Assembly: GCA_030704615.1 (NCBI GenBank) | Contig: CM060732.1 | Span: forward strand, 41,726,001-41,790,000 | From: Takakia lepidozioides | Lineage: Eukaryota > Plantae > Bryophyta | Length of the DNA stretch: 64,000 bases | Direction of reading: 5' to 3' | Position numbers and translations under genes: made by a program | Shown: one piece after another, positions 50,156 to 61,099 of the stretch | How positions within the stretch are numbered: the stretch's first letter is position 1 | How the letters are laid out: each line of letters begins with the position of its first letter | The notes under the pieces: generated by a model | Told to the model about the DNA's origin: nothing | Seen by the model: the letters and a program-made list of their open reading frames with translations, nothing else | Databases searched by the model: none

Positions 50156-51454
50156 TTTGTGTGTCGATTGTAACGGAGCCTCGCAGAGTCGGCAGCGATC
50201 AATCATCTCTTGCTGGTTTGTCAGGACAATGCATCCGTAGAAGAGGCTGGGAGCGTGGACCCTGCGGCAATTGATGTATTAGTGGACCTCACTGATGACC
50301 CTGTAAGACTTTATTTACAACATGTACCTCACTGATAAATGTCTTCATATAGATGCCAGATTGTCTAATACATTGCTAAAGTCTCCACCTCCCTCATGTC
50401 TCAGGTTTGGAGTTATGACACCCCTACTTGTAAACAACTGAAAAGATGAGCCGACTGTTAGGGATGACCACCTTTGCAGTTTGCAGTATGTGAACCGAAT
50501 CAGGGTTCTTGCTTTTGTTCCATAATCAGCTCATCACAAGGGCTGCCCTGCCATCTGCAATCAACTTTCTTCTCCACAGCGGCTGGCAGAGACACCCTGG
50601 TTCTCAAAAATTTCCGCAAACCCACAGCTTTCATTTTTTGCTGGCACGGTGACCTGCTCAGACACTTTCACTCCCAGGAGGCTTCCCCCAAGTTAATACC
50701 ACCAATGGTCGGCTGCTTTTGTAAGCCATGGATAACCCAATTCCAGCTATTCCAACGACATTGTCAATTGGCACCCTTTGAGATATAAATTGCTCCCTAG
50801 GTTGCTGTATTGATTTATGAGATTTGGAGGCAGCTCACTCTCTCTGATTTGTGGTGGTTATCTGATTTGTGAATGCAGGGCATGCGCCTGATGGGAATTT
50901 CACCAGCCATAAGTAATCCCAGCCACCGACTAAAGAAAACCCGGAGGGGCCTCCAGGTGGGCAAGCAATTCTAGTTTATCTGCACCAAAAGGGTGCTGGA
51001 ATGAATGTGGGGATAGATTTTCAAGTTGGTGAACAGAGGTGCAGGACAATGTTCTTCATGTTCCTGAAGAGGGAAAGAGAGAAAGTGAGAGAATCTACTC
51101 ATAGAAGTATGTTTTTTGTAGCCTTCTGGCCATAGACCCCAGCGCCCCACCTCACACAAGCATGGACTTGTTGTGTGTGAGCTGTCCATCTCTCTTAGAC
51201 CCATACGCGGAATGCCAGGCGAAAGTACACTGTATATAGCAGTGGTATGGGCCATTGCTGCATGATCTACCTGCCAATGTTTTGAGGGTACGTGTAGGGC
51301 TATTATCATTAGATATTAGTGGGCATCTGACATTTTACAGCTTCAGGTTTTGGTGCACACGATGTTTTTGGAGCATATAGGGTTTATGCAGGTGCCTTTT
51401 CTAAAGCATTGGGAAAGCAGACATGTTGAATTTTCTGGTAATCAGGTGCATTTT

Positions 51455-53283
51455 ATGAAGGGAGTGTTCGACAGTATGGCTGAACAAGATGTGGTGTCGT
51501 GGAGTGCGATGATTGCAGGATATGCACAGCAAGGGCGCGGGATGGAGGCTTTGGAGACCTATGAGCAAATGATGTGCGAAGGGGTGAAAACCAACCACAT
51601 CACATATGTTTGTGTTTGAAATGCGTGTGCAAGCCTGGGAGCTCTGGAGGTCCATGGTGACATCGTCAAAGCTGGAATTGTACCAGATGTCATCCTGAAC
51701 ACTGCCCTGGTGGAGATGTATGCCAAATGTAGGTGCATTAAGGATACGAAGGGAGTTAATTTCAACACTATGGCTGAACGAGATGTGGTGTCGTGGAACG
51801 CGATGCTTGCAGGGGTATGCACAGCAGGGGCGTGGGATGGAGGCTTTGGAGATCTATGAGCAAATGATGGGGGAAGGGGTGAAGCCCGACCACATCATGT
51901 TTGTGTGCGTTTGCAGTGCGTGTGCAAGCCTGGCAGCCCTGGAAAAGGGCAAAGAGGTGCATGGTTGCATCGCCAAAGCTGGGATTGTACCAAATGTGAT
52001 TCTGAACAAAACCCTCGTGGACATATGCCAAATGTTGGAGCATTGAGGATGCGGAGGGAGTGTTCAACAATATGGCTGAACGAGATTTGGTGTCATGGTA
52101 CACCATGCTTGCAGGATATGCACAGCAGGGGCGCGGGGTGGAGGCCTTGGAGATGTATGAGCAAATGATGGAGGAAGGGGTGAAGTGCAACCACATCACG
52201 TTTGTGTGTGTTTGCAATGCTTGTGCAAGCCTGGCAGCCCTGGAAAAGGGCAAAGAGGTGCATGGTGACATCATCAAAGCTGGAATTGTACCAAATTTTG
52301 GACAGCCCTGGTGGACATGTATGCGAAATGTGGGTGCATTGAGGATGCAAAGGGAGTATTTGACAATGTGGCTGAATCAAATGTGGTGTCATGGAATGCG
52401 GTGATCGTAGGATATGCCCAGCATGGTTGTTATAGGGAGGTCCTGCAACTATTTGAAGGAATGCAAAAGAACGGCTTGAAGCCGGACAGTATCACCTTTA
52501 TATGTGTTCTCTCTACATGCAGCCACACTGGCCTACTGAATGAAGGAAGACGCTACTTCGATTCCCTGAGTCAAGATCATGGTGTCACCCCGCCAGTAAA
52601 GCACTTTGGCCGCATGGTGGACCTTCTTGGACGTGGGGACAACTGGATGAGGCAGTGGACCTGATTAACAAAATGCCAATCAATCCAGATGTTGTGGTGT
52701 GGAAGGCCTTGCTTGGTGCCTGCAGAATCCATGGCAATGTGGAGATGGCTGAACGTGTGGCAACATCTATCCTCAAGTGGGATGAACAGGATGCCGCGAC
52801 TTATGTGTTGCTATATCAAACATCTATGCTGCAGCTGACAGGTGGGACGATACTGCAAAGGTGAGAAGAATGATGAAGGTCAGAGGGGTTAGAAAGGAGC
52901 CAGGTCGCTGCTGCATTGAGGTTGGCAACATGGTGCACACCTTCGTTGTAGATGACAAGTTGCATCCCATAATTAAGGAAATCCATGCTGAGCTGAGAAG
53001 ATTGTCTGGGCAGATGAAGGAGGCAGGATATGTGCCTGACACGTGCTTTGTATTGCATGATGTGGAGGAAAGGAATGTCTCTCTTTGCCACCACAGTAAG
53101 AAGTTGGCCATTGGTTTTGGGCTGATCAGCACGACTCATCAAGAATCTTCGAGTGTGTGGAAACTGCCACACCTCCACCAAATTCATCTCAAAGATTGTT
53201 GGCCGAGCAATTGCTGTATGGGACGCTAACTGCTTTCCACCACTTTGAAGATGGGATTTGTTCTTTGTGGTGATTACTGGTGA
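51455..53283 (+). pseudogene. PLS-E-DYW PPR pseudogene, close paralog of 40759-43962
   Basis: Same motifs, but HSKKLA (catalytic Glu lost). Ends GAT TAC TGG TGA (53272-53283). The 3' flank 53284-53690 matches 43963-44330. Confidence 0.92.
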
Positions 53284-55473
53284 AAGGATGTTTTCTTGGA
53301 AAGATGCAAGTGTCTTGCTTCATTCATTGATCTGTGTAGCTACTCAGACCATTAACCATTTCCTGAGAGTATTGACCATCATGTACTGTTGAGTGCATTT
53401 CCTGTGGCATGTCCACATGAAATGATAGTGGGATCTACCCGACATAGGTGGGAAGTCAGCCCACAATTGCACTTGACTGAAGGGGTGATTTTTGACTGAT
53501 TCTGGTGACAGTGGATGGAAATCAGAGTGCTGTCCTAATTCTGGGTTTGGGTGGTGGAGCTTCTCCAAAGCTTGAAGATGGAAGTACGAATTTTAATGAG
53601 CTTGATGAGAGGGGCAGCCCTGTGCACAAGTTTGTTCAGCATCTTAAATTTGGACATGTTTGTTTGTTTCTCGTGGTGTGGCTTTGGATGGAGCCCTTGA
53701 CGAACTTGCATGAATATTATCAAAAGCTAGCCTTAACCCACCAAGATCCAATCCCATGGTGGTTGCTTGAAAGTTCATATAGTGATTGTACGGGTATTTG
53801 GGTATGTTGTTATTGATTGATGCGGCTTGACTCCCTCACACTATAACATCGGTTTGTGCATGTTGGAGTTCAAGGTTGGGGGTAACTACTTGAGCTGCCA
53901 ATCTCAAACAAGCCAAAAAACTCTCTTGAAATCCCCTTCAAGAAAGTGAGGTCTTTTTCTCTTGCTTCCAGTAACCTTCCAACATCCCAAAACGAAGCTT
54001 TTGGTCTGTCATGTTGGTTCAATTAATATCAATGAAATTACACCCAACTAAGGGATAACTTACGTGAATAATGAGAGGACGATATACTTACTGCTCCTCC
54101 TTTGGGTGTGAGGGCACTGTCATCAGAAGGATTTGTAGCGAGCCGTGGTGCAATGTTCAATTGTTGTGCGAACGGTTGGGATTCCCGTTTCCTCTTTGTG
54201 CTGTTGTGGATCTTCTAGTTTTTCTCTTTATCTCTCTCTGGTCCAGCTTGTAACTTGAGTTTTTGTTCCTGCACGTTCTGAAGCATATGGTGATTGCATA
54301 GTCTTCCAGAACAAGCTCTGATTTTGCTGCCTCGCTGCTGTCAAGTGTGAGTGGATTTGAGGGCGTGTCATCAGGTGTGGAAGTGTCTGCATATTGGGCA
54401 GAAAAGGGGGTTCAACTCCCCCTCACTTCTTGGGCATAGATAGATAGATACAATGAAATACGGAGATGTGACATGAGAGCTTCGGCAACGCTCCGCCATT
54501 CTTCTTTCGAAAAACAATGAAATATGGGATGTATGTATGTAACACCATGGGGATGACCCACCATTGTTTGCAAGGATATGATCCAAAAACAACCATGACA
54601 AAAAGTCATGGGCCCTTCACATAATTGTGCACAATATGAATCTGCTCTTGGGTAAAAATCAAATAATTGTGCTAAGGTTGCAGAAGTGTTTGGCAATATG
54701 ACAAATAGCATGTGAGTGGTCACAACCAGTGTTGGTATGGTATGGGTATATCAGACCTGAGTATCAACCCTGGTATCAGGAACCAGACCAAGCCTGGTCC
54801 TAAATTCTAGATACCTAGGGCGATACCATTGCCTAGCTTAGCGTAGGGTTAGCGAATATCATACCAGTCTGGTGTTGACCGCAAGGATTAAGTATTGATA
54901 CTCGTTGCAAGTGTTTCGTTCGACTAGTATCAATCCTTGTTGACGGGAAGTAGGGAGGAGTGTTAATATGGTGGCCACTTCGCAGCTTAGGGCTGGTGGA
55001 TTGTTGGGCGAACAATCAGGGCTGTGTCGGCGACCATCATTGTTGCTGGGTGGCGCTCAATTCTTACAGCAAAACCCATATGTATGTGAATGTAGAATAA
55101 TAGTTATTTTTCTATTTGGTTAGAACGATGTTTAGAAAGCTAAGTATAAGACATTGAAATCTGAATATAGAATTATTTGGGCTTTTATTGAGTAAAATTG
55201 CAAAATCATCCAATTGGATGAGAATTGGGTATATTCAGGATATTCCTTAGATGCCTTTCAAATATTCTTAAGCGAAACTAAAATTGAGAAACTAAAATCT
55301 TTGCGAAACTATTTTTAACTGCTCACCTATGCCCTCACACTTGCGAAACAAATAACCCCTATACACGATAACCACGTTACCCTATAGGCGTGGGATTTCC
55401 TCACGCTATGCTCACCCGGTACAAGGCCCTTTCCATGATAGACTTGAGAAAAGGGCGCTGAGACTCCAAGATA

Positions 55474-55611
55474 CCTACTTAATTCTATTTTCTCAGTGCG
55501 AAATTAAAACTCTCACCCCCGAAACTCCTACTTAATTTTATTTTCTCAGTGCGAAATTAAGACTTTCACCCCCGAAACTCCTACTTTATTTTATTTTATC
55601 AATGCGAAATT
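55474..55611. repeat. 53-bp minisatellite, ~2.6 copies
   Basis: cctactt..ttttctcagtgcgaaatt starts at 55474, 55527 and 55580. Confidence 0.85.
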
Positions 55612-55773
55612 GAAAGATAGATCAGATATTACCAATGTATCAAAGCCCTGAACCAACGTGCCTATGATCAATGTACCAAAGCCCTGCAACTTGCCTGCAC
55701 TAGTGTGGACTATCAATATTGAACTCACCTAAAGTATGAGAGCAAAGGGCGAGCTTGCCTGTACCAGCTTGAG

Positions 55774-56011
55774 CCTTGGAGCACCGTGTACAACAAACAC
55801 AGGCATTTTTAGGGTTTCAAAGAAATAAAAGGTTCTATTTTGTAATTTTATTCTTAAGAAAATAAATGTTTTCTCTTCTCATGTGCCTAATTCCAAAAAA
55901 TTATAGCATCAAGATGCCTAATTTGAGAAATTGTTTTCAAAACATGCCTAATTTTCTGATTGATTGATTTTATTACTAGGCGCAAAAAAATGCCTAAACG
56001 GTTGTCCAAGG
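55774..56011. mobile_element. Possible degenerate MITE
   Basis: Imperfect TIRs ccttggagcaccgtgta / (rc) ccttggacaaccgttta and internal tgcctaatt repeats. No TSD seen. Confidence 0.35.
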
Positions 56012-56498
56012 ATGGTATAAAGAGAAAGGGGGGCTCTCTTCCCCTCTCACTTAATACTAAATCACTTTCTAGTTACTAGTATCTAGGGGCCTCTGCTCGC
56101 CCCAAAAAAACACAAATGATGACATAATAAATTAATAGAAGTAGAGCAAAGATGAATAAGCCCCCCAAAGATTAAAGTCCTTAGGACATACTAACTTTCC
56201 ATTCTATATCTTTGCATTCCATCTCCAAGGGAAATATCTCTTGGTGGGAATGTATCAATTGTATTCCGTAGGTGACCTATTTTCCTTCTAAGTAGTGGGG
56301 AACAGTCCCAAATGCAAGTTTCCCACATGTGAGTATGTGACCCTCGCTCAGGAACTCATAAGGGAAAAACAATAGTTTTCCCGCTAAGGACTAAGTTATA
56401 AGCTCTTGTCGAAGTCTGGCAAGATAGAAATAACAAGGTACTCGTGGATGTCACGACCGGAGCGCTGCCAAATCAGCTTCCACTACCTATCTGAGCTG

Positions 56499-59400
56499 CT
56501 ACTTACAAAGCTCAAGCATTACGTAGTAGGCAAGTAAAATGGGCAGAAAGACAATTGTTTGAAATGACACCCTGCAAATCCAGCACCAACTCTGTCAGGG
56601 TTTCGCTGAAATCTTACAAATTGTTAATACCTTGGAAATGATCATCAAGTGGGAGAGTGTCATCGTGCCATGAGCTGGTCCTAGTGGAAGTGCATGAATC
56701 ATCTCTCCATCGAGCTCTACATTAATATAGTATCCTGACATATGATTGTTTCTACGTATTGAACTTCATGGTACAGTTGAATGGAAATCTTAAAATGATA
56801 GAGAAGTTCAACGTACGCTGTACTGAAGATGTTGGCATGCAAGTTGTACTCCTTGGCCAACACGAAACAGATGAGTCCTTGTGGCAATGCGCCCTGTTGC
56901 GGAAGCAGGGTAAGGCCTAAGCATTCAAATGTATAGCAACTACCCACTTTTTATAGCACCTGATCAACACAATTGAGCCTATGATATTCATTGGTCATTG
57001 AGACAGTTTGCAAGCATAACTTAGATATGAAGTCATTCGCTTCCGAATCGAGTACTTACATGTTGTTAATCATTTTGAACCATGATCTCGGAAGAAAATT
57101 TCAAGAAAATTTCAAGAAAATTTCGACAGTTTGATGTTTAAAGTTAAACAGACCTGAACAATTGCGAAGCGCAAAGTCTCTCCACGAAGTCCGATCAATA
57201 GGGATGTCAGACCCATGGCCGTAGGTCCAATAATGAATCGCCAAAACGATCCAACGAGCGTATGCCATATTCCACATGATAGCAGCGTCTTCTCACCCGC
57301 CATGTGCAAGCCTGACAGGTAGTAGGAACAGTAGGCAGGTATGAGCCAAGCGTATGTACAGCCATTTCAACACCGATTTATTCAAGAGACAGCAGAGTTA
57401 AGATATATCTTTTAGATCTATGATACAATCAGCCGTACTTGAGAGATCGACTAAGAAGGGAAAACTGATCTCGAAAGTATGTCTTATGGTCCCAGCCTGT
57501 GACTGAAGTAATTGATGAAAGGCTATATACATGCTAAGGAATGTTGAGGAAATCGTTGGGTCACGTTAAACCTCTCTCATTTTCCTTTCCTAACAAAGCG
57601 TATATTGGATGAGGACAGCAGACTGCTCTCGAGGAGTACTAATAGGAATGTACAAGGGCGAGGCCCTTGTAGAGTATGTCGTGCCATTGTCATGCTCTAA
57701 TATTGTAGTTTACCTAGATCAACTACGACTATACGTGTACAGGCTTTCAGAGGCGATACCGATTGTGTACATGCAAAGGCCAACGCCCATCCTGCTGATG
57801 ATGTCGACAGAATTTCTCAGAATGACAGGATAGGCAAAACCCAACCTGCAAAATTAAAGGATCCGAGAATGATTCATCAATTAGCCTGCCTATCGGCGCT
57901 GGTCGGTTACTAATAACAAAATGCTCACTGCTGCAGATAATAACGTCAGATACTTTGTACTCCGGACATCTTTCCGGGTTAGTTTCTCACTATCCCCATC
58001 ATATGCATTCACAATGTCAAGTTGGTGCCTGTGCGAGTGCACGACACATGCTTAATGAATGTATATCTCATTTGTACTCGCTCAAGGAAATGACGTAGCT
58101 TCCAACGTGGTTTCAGTTTGGTACGTACAACTCTTCCTATCTAGATACCTAGATCGCATCTGGAACCGATATCCTTCGAAACGAGAGTCTTGTACCTGCT
58201 TGCAATGAGCGAATACGTGATACCCAGAAAGCTGCCATACAGCACGGGTAGTTGCATCATTTTCTTCATCACCTTTAAAGCCACTTGCTTTGGGAAATTT
58301 GTCTTCACTTCCGGGTACTCTCGACCCCTCCCTAGTGCAGAGTCGATCTCAGATGCTTGAATATGGGCCTCCCCATCAGTGACGGACGTACCCCTGAATT
58401 TTTTCAACTGACTTGCTTGCGCTCGAGTTTCTGAGAACACATTTGGGTCCTTCTCCGCCTCTGATGAACCAATCGTCATTTGACAATTTCCTTCATCGGC
58501 TGATCCTGATGTAGCAAACAGTTGAGCATGTAAATGAGATGTAGAAATAGCTCTGGACTTACTTCACAGTTACATATCTATCATGTGTGTGAGTGACGTT
58601 GCGTCGTCTTTGAGTAGTTCGAATTTATGCCGAGTTTGAGATAACCAATTTATGCATGATGTACCACATTGAGTCAACAAAAACATACTATGAGTTCAGT
58701 GATCTCGGTGAATAAGTACCAGAAATCCCCTGGATTTGAGGAAGTGAGGATTCCGTTCGATGTGATAATGTACAAGAATTGTGGAATTGGGCTTCCTCAC
58801 TTGAGAATCTGCCAGCGGTTGCGACAACCGCATCAGCAGTGCTACCTTCGACGCTCTTCACACCCTTTGAAACAAATGGCTTTACCTTTGCGGAGATATC
58901 AAGAAGAGCTTTGCGAGTTTCATAGAGGATTAGAATTACGTTGATCGACAGCACATATCCAATGAAGAGAGTTGCAATTCCCTCAGTAGCACCAGTGTAG
59001 AGCGGCATTAGAATAGGTATACCAATAATGATATTGTTGGGCACAACTGCAAGCTGCAGGAGAGTGATCACCCAGTCGATGCTGTCATTTGTGAACCATG
59101 CCCACCCACAAAGCATAACTGGAAGACACAGATAGGCATTATTCAGCATAAATGTCGATGAATGGATTGTATGTAAATATACAACTTAGAAAATGTCCGC
59201 AAGTTACAACGGGCTCAACATGGAAAGTCTGCGGTCTGGTAGTAGAAAAATAAGTCCTTGAGACAAATCTACTGATTTGCAATATTCGTGTTGTGATTCG
59301 AAAAATGTCTAGACTACAAACCAGAAGTTCTCGGAAGTTCAGGATTGGCAATTGCCTCGATCCAGACATGGCTGGAAGAAGCGAACCACAGAATCGGCTA

Positions 59401-60402
59401 AGGGTCCCGATTATCCAGAAGATGTCAACTAAAAACGCTTCTGAGATGAGGACAGAATATGATAATATCCAGGTGGGAAAGACATACAGAAGATGGACTC
59501 ATAACCAACCACAATTTGCAGATCCATACGGCCGTGTTGCGAGGAAATAACTCTTAATAGGACAGGGAACTGCACTAGTTAGTGACCGAGAAGCAGAAAA
59601 GATAAGGGCAGCACTTGACTCGAGAAGAGAGAAGAGCGCTGAGAGAGGTTTTTAAAACGTACGCACAAGTTTTCTTCTGATCAGAAAACTATATATAGTA
59701 ATATTCATGTTCAAATGATTCATCTTACCAGACCAAGTGCATATGCTTGCAGCTAGAGTACTGGTCTCTTGATGGATGCTGGTTAACCTTCTTACATAAG
59801 CCTACATGGTCACTTGCAATCTCGCAATATATATGACAAGGTTTGATTGGCTCTATGCTTTCATGATAAGGTCCTTGAACTAGAAGAAATCCTCAAAGAA
59901 TTTCTACCTATGGTTAGGAAACGGTACATGTACTTTCCAAAAGAGCATGTGAACTTGATTATGAAATCTACAGGTTCTTCTAAGATATGAATTCACATTT
60001 CCTTCGTTTCAAAAATAAGATAGTTAACAAGTTTAAAGATCCAACAAACCTCCTTTATCTGAAGTCGTGTCTCCCATCAAAGAGTCTAAGGAGATCACAT
60101 GTATTGCGTGCAATCTATAAAGGAGTGTGTACATAGCTTGGGTCGAGCGTACCCAGAATAAGAAAGATGGCAAGACTGTTTGCTACAATAAGACGCCAGT
60201 TCATTGTGTAGGGGTCGTTGAGGGCCTGTATCTGAAACAGAAGTGCAGGAAAAACGATATATGACGTGAAACTGTTGAGCCCCCGGCCTTGATCAGCAGT
60301 AACGATGTTCCACCATCTCAGCGACCCATATCCGAGGACTAACGCAACATATAGTGGGAACACTGCACTGAGTACATGATAAAACTGCTCCAATGTCAAC
60401 AT
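56499..60402 (-). CDS. PIN: Non-canonical PIN-FORMED family transporter (~450 aa)
   Basis: complement(join(56499..56571,56817..56893,57154..57311,57760..57845,58196..58505,58720..59118,60153..60402)), all GT-AG, 1353 nt with an open frame. The N-terminus FYHVLSAVFPLYVALVLGYGSLRWW and ALPQG..FVLAKEY match PINs. The 86/158/77-nt 3' exons are the conserved PIN sizes. Confidence 0.92.
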
Positions 60403-61099
60403 CTCAAGTGTCCTTCGAGAGTCCTTCCAGATACACAACAAATGAGCACGGGAAAGAATTTCTTGCCCCTCTCAAGTTGCAGTTGGCTTCCCCTCGATGA
60501 AGATGATATAGCGCTTCTACGAGAGTAAAGCACTCCAAATAAAATTTGTTTGTATTTATCGTGCCGTTAAAAAGCAGAGAATGCACCGCGTCAGCTCCCT
60601 TGAGTCCTCGAGTGCATTCCGAAATGCAGAACAGTGCACCGGCCAGTAGATTTTTTTAAATTTGTTTTTGGCATTTCTTTACGTAGATAATGCCCCTCGT
60701 GTGGTCGTTCCCAGATTTTGGGGCCAGTCCCCTCGGGTCAGGCCCTTAAATACGGAATCCCCTCCACTCAGGGCATTTCCGTATGCGTAAAGCAATGCCA
60801 ACAAATTTGTTTGTATTTATCGTGCCGTTAGAAAGCAGAATTCACCGCCTGGCTAATTCTACGCAAATCCTTTCCGATGCTGAACAGGTGGCATGGGATA
60901 TCTGATTCACCCGAGGGAGCTGGTCCAACATGAGACAACCTCCTGACTTGGATCTATTGTTCTACAGTTCCTCGTTCCTTAAACAGCTGCCTCCCTTTGG
61001 GGCCGATTCTCCCCGACTTCGACCACGCTGCAGTGGCGGTGAAATGTAGCCCTCGGAGTCCACGCTAGGGGCAGGGGGTATTTCAAGCTCAATATAAAT

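Noticed and set aside
54726-55690. hAT-like MITE with CAG(T/G)G ends
   Set aside because: The candidate ends match poorly and no 8-bp TSD was found.
59255-60078. TGTCTC auxin-response elements in PIN intron 1
   Set aside because: Isolated hexamers at a frequency expected by chance, with no paired arrangement.
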